32,000 bases of DNA from Candidatus Jordarchaeales archaeon (GTDB taxonomy: Archaea; Asgardarchaeota; Jordiarchaeia; Jordiarchaeales; Freyrarchaeaceae), in assembly GCA_038858525.1 (NCBI GenBank), contig JAWCFL010000014.1:16279-48278 (forward strand), written 5' to 3'. Below are positions 8,773 through 16,222 of this stretch, piece by piece. The position numbers and the translations under genes were made by a program. The first letter of the stretch is position 1. Every line of letters begins with the position of its first letter. The notes beneath the pieces are model-generated. The model searched no databases. It was not told the origin of the DNA and worked only from the letters and a program-made list of their open reading frames with translations.

Positions 8773-9516
8773 TTATCGTGAGAGGGCTGCGATAGCTGCT
8801 GAGAAAGTTTCCTTTGCTTCTTCGATCGATGCGATGCCAACAGCTACTGAAGAAATGTTTCTAAGAGAAAATAAATATTCCATTGCTTCTCTCGGATTTA
8901 TACTTCCTGCGGCAAGGGGCTTCATCGCTATTATTTTAACACCGCTTTCTTTCACCATCTCCATGAACTCCTCACCCCTCACACCCCCCATCATGTAGCC
9001 AGCTTTGTTCAGCGGCATCATTAACACGTCTACTTCGAGCTCCTCGATAATGAGCGGAATCGTTCTAGCTGGGTTATGCGTGACGACCCCCGCAAGGTAC
9101 CCCTCATTCTCTATTCGCTTAATCCAAGCTCTATTCTCCTCCATGTTCAGTTTGTCTGTTTGCTCCCCGTGCAAAAGCACAGCAACCGTGTCGAACTCTG
9201 AAAGGTGTTTCAGGGCTTGGCTCGGCATGTCGAAGGGCAAACTACCGACGACTTTGAGGCGGACCCCCGTCATCTCTTCAGCTTCCCTCACCGCTCTCCC
9301 TATTTGAGGGTAAGCAACGAGCTGGACTCCATTAACACCAATTTCTATGCAACCTGCCACCAGCTCGGTTATCTTTGAAGGATTCCTAAAAAAGCGCTCG
9401 TAGTACTTGTATGCCCTTACGCCGAACTGTCCCGCTCCCAAGAAAGGCGACGTGCCGAGCAGCACTCGTGGCAGCTCTCTTCCCTTAACATTTATTGATG
9501 GTATCCTCATTTTCAA
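8773..9516 (-). CDS. Aldo/keto reductase-like TIM-barrel oxidoreductase (short archaeal type)
   Basis: LPRVLLGTSPF, AGVVTH, VDVLMMPLNKAG, IIAMKPLAAG, SVAVGIASIEE. ATGA overlap with the upstream gene. Confidence 0.72.
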   Translation of the reverse strand: MKMRIPSINVKGRELPRVLLGTSPFLGAGQFGVRAYKYYERFFRNPSKITELVAGCIEIGVNGVQLVAYPQIGRAVREAEEMTGVRLKVVGSLPFDMPSQALKHLSEFDTVAVLLHGEQTDKLNMEENRAWIKRIENEGYLAGVVTHNPARTIPLIIEELEVDVLMMPLNKAGYMMGGVRGEEFMEMVKESGVKIIAMKPLAAGSINPREAMEYLFSLRNISSVAVGIASIEEAKETFSAAIAALSR

Positions 9517-10124
9517 TACTCTTTCTTCCCTGCCCTTTTGAGTTCTTCCCTCATCAGGTTCCTAATAATCCTGTACATCTCCCCTTTGAAAACCGGAGGA
9601 ACTATTTTTAGCCTGTCAACTAGCCTCTCGACCAGCTCTTCAACTATGTTTTCCTCACTCATAACTTCTATGCCAAGGACTACGCGGACGCCCACCTCTT
9701 CCACAGTAGACTTAACAACAGACCTTATCACTGCGCCTATCACGCTTTCAGGGTCTATGTAATAGGGGAAGCGGTTGTAATCGTATATCTTTATGATACT
9801 TAAGGTCTCAGATATACTCTCGCTGTACCATTCAAGGCTACTTGCCTTAAGCCCGAACTTCTCGGCGAACTCCTCCTTCGAGACAGGGTTAGGGAACGAG
9901 AAAGGATGTCTACTCGCTAGGTATATAGCTGCAACGTACGCCGCCTCTCTCTCCTTCGGAAGACCGGCCGCCTCGACATACCTTTTAAGGAGCGCTGAAG
10001 CATAAACGGAGAGCGCCTCCTCGACGTTGTTTTTGATGAAAAACTTGTATGCTTCCTTGACGAGCTTCGCCTCCTCCTCACCTAAAAGAAAAATGTTCTT
10101 TTCCGGAAATGAGTTGTAAAACAT
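9513..10124 (-). CDS. Cyclin-fold protein resembling a single C-terminal TFB/TFIIB repeat with HTH
   Basis: AYVAAIYLASR...PVSKEEFAEKFGLKASSLEWYSESISETL parallels the TFB repeat AAAALYIAS...[24 protein letters not shown] (recalled consensus). No Zn ribbon. Confidence 0.55.
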   Translation of the reverse strand: MFYNSFPEKNIFLLGEEEAKLVKEAYKFFIKNNVEEALSVYASALLKRYVEAAGLPKEREAAYVAAIYLASRHPFSFPNPVSKEEFAEKFGLKASSLEWYSESISETLSIIKIYDYNRFPYYIDPESVIGAVIRSVVKSTVEEVGVRVVLGIEVMSEENIVEELVERLVDRLKIVPPVFKGEMYRIIRNLMREELKRAGKKEY

Positions 10125-10139
10125 TTTCCTTCCTCCCGG

Positions 10140-10679
10140 CTACTTTTGAGTTGCTTGTTCGTATGCTTTCTGGAAGGACCATCTTGCCGCCTCCCTTACC
10201 CTGTTTAACCTGTGTTGGTCCCTGTAATTCAAAATGACAATCTCTCTTATCACGTCACCTGAAACATTGACCTCGTATTTCATCCGTTCATCCTCAGATA
10301 TTTTTCCTTCATCAACAAGTCGATTGTCCTCCTCCACCATGCTAGCTAAAACCTTCCCGATAAGAAACGAAGCTATTGGAGGAGAACCGTGATAAACCTT
10401 CAAATCAGCTGAGGGCACTATTCTGATCCTGTCCTTTTCAACATGTAACTCGGCGAGCGTCGTTTTCCCGTCCTTAGACAGTAAAGGTATGACTCTCCTC
10501 TCCTCCGCTTTTTTCTCCATGACTTCAGCTGCTGATTTGAAGCTTGCCTCCTTCAACTCTCTCTCGACAAGCTCTCTGATCTTCTTCAAAACTTCAAGCT
10601 CGTAGCTTCTTCTATCTATCTCCTCATCAAGGTATGCCTTAAGCTCGGCGAGAACCTCTGCATCCACTACTAACACCAC
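10140..10679 (-). CDS. Conserved archaeal hypothetical protein with N-terminal coiled coil
   Basis: GTG start with SD. Coiled coil (LKAYLDEEIDRRSYELEVLKKIRELVERELKEASF) followed by SPPIASFLIGKVL...IVILNY...RLNRVREAARW, a pattern I recall from TACK/Asgard hypotheticals. Confidence 0.75.
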   Translation of the reverse strand: MVLVVDAEVLAELKAYLDEEIDRRSYELEVLKKIRELVERELKEASFKSAAEVMEKKAEERRVIPLLSKDGKTTLAELHVEKDRIRIVPSADLKVYHGSPPIASFLIGKVLASMVEEDNRLVDEGKISEDERMKYEVNVSGDVIREIVILNYRDQHRLNRVREAARWSFQKAYEQATQK

Positions 10680-10768
10680 CTTCCTAAAGGCATCAAAAGC
10701 ACAGACCTCCTACTTTAATAAGAGGTCTTCCCCTAAAAATAAATCGGTTGAAAAGGAGGGAAGACTGC

Positions 10769-11449
10769 TTGAAGGAAGGCGAATACGCAGTCTTCAAGTG
10801 TCCTAACTGTGGCTGTTACACGTTTGCTCCAACATCTCAGAAAAGCAGGTTCTGCTCCATGTGCGGAAAAATAGTTAAAGTAGACTTGCTTCATGCCGAA
10901 ATAACAAATGATGCCAGAAGGGCGAGTGAGCTGGTTAGATCCCGCAACGCTAAAAAAGCCCCTCCAGAACTGAAAAAAGCTCTCAGAGAGAGTTTCACCG
11001 AAGCTGAGAAGAAAACACCGAAAAAAGGAGCTAGAACCTCATCCCTACTTATGAAAATCCTTATGGAACACTGTTCCGAGGAGGTAACTCTAGATGAGCT
11101 GGAAAAACTGTGCACAGACTACGGATTAGACTGTGAATGGGTTAAGGAGAAACTGCCACAACTGGCACTAAAAGGTGTAGTGTTCTTCCCTTCACCTTGG
11201 ACCGTTAAATGCACAGCTCCCTCGCTCCACAGGCCAGAGAACCAATCCGAAGAAGTGTCAAGTCAAACCACTAACTTAAACAAGTTAGTGATAGACGCTT
11301 TCTCGGTGCCGACTTCCAGAGTGAAAGTTGTTGAGTGGTTCGCCGAGAAAGGATACTCTCCAGAGAAAGTGGATGAAATCATCGACAAACTGCACAGAAG
11401 CGGTCTCATAATAGAAGAGAAGCCCGGGATATTTAAAAAAGTCGAATAG
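10769..11449 (+). CDS. DUF1922-like Zn-ribbon protein with two C-terminal winged-helix domains
   Basis: YAVFKCPNCG...RFCSMCGK...ARRASELVRSRN (DUF1922-like). Two wH-like repeats: LDCEWVKEKLPQLALKGVVFFPSP and YSPEKVDEIIDKLHRSGLIIEEKPG. Start at TTG 10769 after GGAGG; the ORF track starts at 10748. Confidence 0.65.
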   Translation: MKEGEYAVFKCPNCGCYTFAPTSQKSRFCSMCGKIVKVDLLHAEITNDARRASELVRSRNAKKAPPELKKALRESFTEAEKKTPKKGARTSSLLMKILMEHCSEEVTLDELEKLCTDYGLDCEWVKEKLPQLALKGVVFFPSPWTVKCTAPSLHRPENQSEEVSSQTTNLNKLVIDAFSVPTSRVKVVEWFAEKGYSPEKVDEIIDKLHRSGLIIEEKPGIFKKVE

Positions 11450-11455
11450 CCCTTT

Positions 11456-12130
11456 TTACTCCCTAAGGAACCTAGGCTTCGGCTTAACGGGCTTAAAGTG
11501 TTCCCCAAACTTCTCAGCTAGCCTTAAAGCGGCGACAAGCTTATTCTCAGTTGGTGTAAAGGAGTAAATAAGATGCGGCTTTTCACCCCTCAGCGAAACC
11601 CTAATTATCACATCGTTTAATCTCTCAACCTCATCTTGAATATCACCCTCAAGAAGTGATGATGCCGCCTCACTGTCTGACGCCCACACTTCTAGTCTGC
11701 CGATTACTGCAACTTTCTTCATCTTCTCATTTAAGCCATCTTTCTCTGGTCTGATTATCTCCATCGAGAAACGCGGTCTCGCTTTGAAGTTCGCTTCGCA
11801 AAGGAAAACATCATCGTGAGGCTTGAACTTAGATACTATGTGGTGTAACAAGTTCTCTCTGTTCACAAGGTAGAGAGTGATATCCAAGCTCTCCAGAGGA
11901 GCATCATTAGACTTGCACCTTACTTTAAACCCGCTGAGCCTATACCTCCTCTTCTCAATCACCCTGAACCTCTCTCTAACCCACTCATTAACCAGAGTAT
12001 AGTATTTTTCCAGAAGAACCTTATTCTTCCTCAATCCTAACGAGTAAGACACGATAAATGCTAACATAAAGGCGAAAAGCAAAATCGCCCCCAAAGTTCC
12101 TATGAAATCGATAGTCCCCGACGTGGACAA
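11456..12130 (-). CDS. Single-pass membrane protein, CCDC47/DUF1682 (PAT complex subunit)-like
   Basis: N-terminal TM helix followed by G-x2-KN, then F...SGFKVRC...LDITLYLVNRENLL...KPHDDVF, colinear with the recalled CCDC47 core. TTG start with GGGGTG SD. Confidence 0.55.
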   Translation of the reverse strand: MSTSGTIDFIGTLGAILLFAFMLAFIVSYSLGLRKNKVLLEKYYTLVNEWVRERFRVIEKRRYRLSGFKVRCKSNDAPLESLDITLYLVNRENLLHHIVSKFKPHDDVFLCEANFKARPRFSMEIIRPEKDGLNEKMKKVAVIGRLEVWASDSEAASSLLEGDIQDEVERLNDVIIRVSLRGEKPHLIYSFTPTENKLVAALRLAEKFGEHFKPVKPKPRFLRE

Positions 12131-12145
12131 CGCGACACCCCAAAT

Positions 12146-12892
12146 TTAATCTATAACCTTCCCAGTAAATGGATTCATTTTTTTCTTACAGACAGGGCAA
12201 GCAAGCATTCCCGGCTTCCACTTTATCCACTCACCGCAGGCAGGACACATTAATTCGAGTTCCCCCTCCACATCTAATTCTGGCGGAATTTTCAGAAGCT
12301 CTTCTTCCTCTTTTTTTATCTTTTCCTCCTTTTTCTTCCTAACGGATTCAGACACACCGAAGCTTACCTGCCTAGCACCCCGCTTGCCCCCCGTCTTCCC
12401 CCTTCCCTCATCTGGATTTATCACTTCAAGTATCCTACCGAACACCCCCTGATGCCTTCTCTCCTCTCTTTTTTCCTGTGGGATTTCGGGGGACTGAGCA
12501 CTCCTCTTAAATTCCTCCACTAGAAGGATTATACGACCAATCTGTGACTCTGCAAGTCCCTTAATGATCACCTTGTTGCAACTCAGGCTCGAGAAGCGGC
12601 TGTCTACGTGATACTCCAACTCAAGCTCCTTAGAGTCCCTCTGAGCCCTAACATCACCCACATTCTCCAAGAAGAAACTCAGAGCGGCGACCTCTCTTCC
12701 GCCCCTTTTAAGGTTCTTCGCGAAGGATGCAGGCTTACCGTGGAATATCAAGCGAATGTTAGTCACGTAAAGACTACCCTCCTCCGTTTCCCGTCCTTCT
12801 CCATCCCCAATTTTAACTCCCTCGGAACTCAACAAAACTTTTTCCCCACGCATGAGGTGAGGAAACTCGCTTCCCTCTATCAACAAAGCCAC
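12146..12892 (-). CDS. GLUE/GRAM-type PH-domain protein with C-terminal CxxC-x12-CxxC Zn ribbon
   Basis: LMRGEKVLLSSEGVKIGDGE...GSLYVTNIRLIF matches the GLUE/GRAM beta-strand signature. A charged linker follows, then CPACG...CPVCK. Confidence 0.6.
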   Translation of the reverse strand: MALLIEGSEFPHLMRGEKVLLSSEGVKIGDGEGRETEEGSLYVTNIRLIFHGKPASFAKNLKRGGREVAALSFFLENVGDVRAQRDSKELELEYHVDSRFSSLSCNKVIIKGLAESQIGRIILLVEEFKRSAQSPEIPQEKREERRHQGVFGRILEVINPDEGRGKTGGKRGARQVSFGVSESVRKKKEEKIKKEEEELLKIPPELDVEGELELMCPACGEWIKWKPGMLACPVCKKKMNPFTGKVID

Positions 12893-13072
12893 CCGTTCAT
12901 GTTCTCAAGTCTAAATGCCAAGAAACAAAATATAAAGTTAGAGTTTCAAACATTAAATTCTGCTAGCCTTTACACGCAAAATCTAATCTAACGCAACAGT
13001 AAACTACAGTTAACAAAGCAATTAAAGTCGCTCTTCCCCTTACTAGAATGGGCTTCCCTCTGAAACTTTCCC

Positions 13073-13852
13073 CTATTGTGTAACGCTTAACATTTTGCCT
13101 GGCCACTTTGTCTTTAGAATCTTAATTTTTAACGGCTCTTCCACGTACAAGGTTACGCTGTGGTTTTCCATTATAAATCGCCTGTTTATCTCGTTGATCG
13201 TGCTTCCGTTATACATGCAGACACAAACCGTCTTCTTAAGCTTAGTTTTATCAATTTGCTCCTCGAAAAAGAATGGTTTTGTTGCGCGTCTTCGTGACCT
13301 CAAATACGAAGCATTGTCAAAGGTAATCAGTAACCCTTGAAATCCTCGTTCAAGCGAGTTCCTTTCAAGCCTCGCAACCTCTTCCACCTGATAGTGAACG
13401 CTTGGATGAGCGTCATAAAAGGAGCCTAGGTCTCCAAGCAGAACCCCTTGGCCTTCAACGTTAACTCTAGGCTCCCCAAGAACCATCTGAACACACATAT
13501 ACCCTTTCTCAAGAGCATCAATGATAAGGTGCCTAAGAAGCAACTCCACTCCCCTAGACTCCCCTAGAAGAGCCACGTGACTGGGAGGAATCAAACCCCC
13601 CTTCAACATTAAGTCAACATCATCTAGCCTTGTCTGAACCGTATATGGGAGACTTCTCGCGATCTCCTTCAACTTCTCACATATAACCACATAAAGGCCT
13701 GAACCAAGTTCATCACACCAGTAACCACAACATATAGGGACAGAGCCATCAAGCATGCATCTTGACGCTTTCCCCTCAGCCTGAACCCAGAACCTACAAG
13801 GCTTATTAGGCGAAAACCTGAGATACCTCACTAGGAAATCCCAGTTACTCAA
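13073..13852 (-). CDS. Inactive KaiC/RecA-fold (MEDS-like) domain with N-terminal Cys-rich module
   Basis: QTRLDDVDLMLKGGLIPPSHVALLGESRG resembles the KaiC N-terminus but has no GKT. The C-terminus RGFQGLLITFD...FEEQID...VCVCMYN...NH resembles MEDS. There are six Cys in residues 19-58. TTG start with GGAGG. Confidence 0.55.
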   Translation of the reverse strand: MSNWDFLVRYLRFSPNKPCRFWVQAEGKASRCMLDGSVPICCGYWCDELGSGLYVVICEKLKEIARSLPYTVQTRLDDVDLMLKGGLIPPSHVALLGESRGVELLLRHLIIDALEKGYMCVQMVLGEPRVNVEGQGVLLGDLGSFYDAHPSVHYQVEEVARLERNSLERGFQGLLITFDNASYLRSRRRATKPFFFEEQIDKTKLKKTVCVCMYNGSTINEINRRFIMENHSVTLYVEEPLKIKILKTKWPGKMLSVTQ

Positions 13853-14139
13853 AGTCCTCCCCTGCCTTACCCCATCAGAAAAAACACAATAATCATTTTT
13901 AAATTTTTTTTAGTAAAAATATCTCACGTTCTTCCATTATTTAACTTCTTTTTTTTATAAAAAGAATCTCATTTGCATATTTTTTTAAAATATCATTCAA
14001 TACAACGGTTAAGCCATTTTAAAGCATGCTCAGTTTAACATACTGCCACCACTTTAATCTTTAAAAGTCTTTAATAACTTTATTTTTTCTCCATGACTTG
14101 AAACATTTAGAGTAGGTCTGCTGTTGAGAGGAGGATATT

Positions 14140-14544
14140 TTGGGCTTCCTGTCCAGAGAGAAAAAGCGGCTTTCTACAGTTAAAATTAGGAGGGCGCTTG
14201 TTGATGGTTTACTTGAAGTTTCAAGGGAAGTCCATCCTAGAGAATTTATCGGTTTACTGAGAGCAGAGAGGGGAGTTATATCCGAGGTAATTATACCCCC
14301 ATTCAGCATTTATGGTCTGGGTGAATCGTCGTTTTCGCCATATGATCTCCCGATAGACCCCTCATTGGTTGGCAGCGTCCACAGCCATCCATCAGGAGAC
14401 CCGCGCCCATCAAAACAAGACGTGAACGTAGCATTCAGTTTTGGATTCGTACACCTTATAATCACATATCCCTACTCCTGCCATGAGAACATATACGCCT
14501 ATGACAAAGAGGGAAAACCACTAAAACTCATAATAATCGAATAA
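14140..14544 (+). CDS. JAMM/MPN+ (Mov34/PAD-1) metalloprotease
   Basis: Catalytic Glu in HPREFIGLL and an intact HSHPSGDPRPSKQD (HxH-x7-S-x2-D) motif. Confidence 0.93.
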   Translation: MGFLSREKKRLSTVKIRRALVDGLLEVSREVHPREFIGLLRAERGVISEVIIPPFSIYGLGESSFSPYDLPIDPSLVGSVHSHPSGDPRPSKQDVNVAFSFGFVHLIITYPYSCHENIYAYDKEGKPLKLIIIE

Positions 14545-15145
14545 GTCACCAAAGCCTAAAAATCGGATCCAACCAGTTTTGTATGCTGCTTTATGGATGT
14601 TCATGGAACTTTGTTCCTACGAGAAATTAAAAGCATCATTTAGGTAGCCTATATGCGGAGGACTTAACAGGCCAACAGCACATGTTTAAAGAAAAAACTT
14701 TTTCTAAATAGAAGCCGTCTGGTGGCTACTTTTAGCACTGATGGGGCATCGATGCGCTGCCTTTAACTATCGGCGGCAAAAGCCTCAAAAACAAAATGGA
14801 AGGGAATGGATGAACTATGAATTCACAGCTAAAAGTCGTTAAGTGATTAAAAAAGCATGTGGGCAAATCAAAGGAGAAGAGAAAATAAAATAAAAATAAA
14901 ATGTAGCTGTTCGTTTCTTGAATTTCATTAGCGCTTTAATGATTTTCGCCGTTCGCTTTAACTAATTTTAAATTCCAAGTTTTTCGTTGTTAGTCTTCGG
15001 AAAGGAATAATTTTTAGTCTAAATTGTGTCGCGTTTTTGGGTGTGCTTCATTTTTTGAAACTGTTTCTGTTTTTAATAGTGGAAAAAATTAAAATTGACT
15101 AGGTGAATTGTAGGTAACGATGTTCGTTGCTGAAAGGCGGTAAGC

Positions 15146-15152
15146 TTTATAT
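15146..15152 (+). promoter_or_regulatory. Putative TATA box of the rps19e superoperon
   Basis: TTTATAT preceded by a purine-rich BRE-like tract, about 50 nt upstream of the start codon. Confidence 0.55.
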
Positions 15153-15204
15153 TTGTCTTAGGTTTGTCTCTTAGCAAAGGGCTAAAGGAGGACGAAGCCG
15201 TTTG

Positions 15205-15660
15205 GTGACGGTTTACGATGTTCCAGCATGGGACTTGATAAAGGAGACCGCAAGCATTCTCAAGGAGGAGTACCCCTCCATCTCGCCTCCTCCGGGGTCT
15301 CGCTTCTGGAAAACGGGTGTGCACAAGGAACACCAGCCGACGCAGGAAGACTGGTGGTACATAAGATGCGCTGCTATTCTCAGGAAGCTTTACATTTATG
15401 GCCCCGTAGGCGTCTCTCGTCTCAGAAGTGCCTACGGCGGAAGGAAGAGGAGAGGCGTTAAGCCAGAGCACTTTACTAAGGGAAGCGGCGCCATTATCCG
15501 CAGGGCTCTTCAGCAGTTAGAGGCTGCGGGACTAGTGGAGAAGACTGAGAATAGGGGCAGACGTATAACTAGTGAAGGCCGCTCTCTGCTCGACAGGATC
15601 GCTTACAAGGTGAGTTTAAGGTTAAAGAAGGAAATGCCCGAAATCAAAAGTTACCTTTAA
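15205..15660 (+). CDS. rps19e: 30S ribosomal protein S19e
   Basis: TVYDVP, KTGVHKE, DWWYIRCAAILRK, LRSAYGGRKRRG, GSGAIIRRALQQLE. Start is GTG 15205 or TTG 15202. Confidence 0.99.
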   Translation: MTVYDVPAWDLIKETASILKEEYPSISPPPGSRFWKTGVHKEHQPTQEDWWYIRCAAILRKLYIYGPVGVSRLRSAYGGRKRRGVKPEHFTKGSGAIIRRALQQLEAAGLVEKTENRGRRITSEGRSLLDRIAYKVSLRLKKEMPEIKSYL

Positions 15661-15719
15661 TATAATCTCTTTCATCTAATTTCATTAGCTGTCTCCTTGT
15701 AAAGCCGGGGTGGTTAAGG

Positions 15720-16049
15720 ATGTCCGAGGACGAGCTTGAAGAAATAAGGCGGAGGAGGATGCTTGAAATCCAGAGACAAATCGCTGAGGCACAGAGACAA
15801 GAAGAAATAAGAAAGGAGATAGAAGCTCAAAAGCAGGCCGCCCTTAGACAAATACTAACTCCGGAGGCTAGAGAGAGGCTCGCAAACCTCAAGATGGTTA
15901 AGCCCAATTTTGCAGAGCAACTTGAAGTTCAACTTATACAGCTCGCTCAGGGCGGGAGGGTTAAGCTGCCGATAACTGACGAGATGCTTAAAAAAATCCT
16001 CCTGCAACTTCAAGGAGCAAAACGGGAGACTAAAGTTAAGTTTAGGTGA
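15720..16049 (+). CDS. PDCD5-family DNA-binding protein
   Basis: [38 protein letters not shown]; canonical position after rps19e. Confidence 0.97.
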   Translation: MSEDELEEIRRRRMLEIQRQIAEAQRQEEIRKEIEAQKQAALRQILTPEARERLANLKMVKPNFAEQLEVQLIQLAQGGRVKLPITDEMLKKILLQLQGAKRETKVKFR

Positions 16050-16054
16050 TCCAA

Positions 16055-16210
16055 ATGGCTAAAGTTAAACCCTTACCTAAGAAGTTGAGGCTGGCTAAGG
16101 CCGGCAAGCAAAATTCGAGCGTTCCAGCTTGGGTTATCGTTAAGACTGCTGGCCGCGTCAGAACTAATCCCAAGAGGAGGCATTGGAGAAGAAGTAAGTT
16201 AAAGCCATGA
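16055..16210 (+). CDS. rpl39e: 50S ribosomal protein L39e (51 aa; absent from the ORF track)
   Basis: Manual translation: [59 protein letters not shown] upstream. Confidence 0.98.
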   Translation: MAKVKPLPKKLRLAKAGKQNSSVPAWVIVKTAGRVRTNPKRRHWRRSKLKP

Positions 16211-16222
16211 CGGTGAAGAGAT

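Noticed and set aside
14545-15140. About 600-bp intergenic region: possible ncRNA, small ORF or IS scar
   Set aside because: No tRNA, C/D-box pair, terminal repeats or convincing ORF found by eye; left unannotated, and a covariance-model search would be needed.
15171-15185. TTAGC-N5-GCTAA hairpin in the rps19e leader as an autoregulatory element
   Set aside because: A 5-bp stem is not distinguishable from chance without conservation data.
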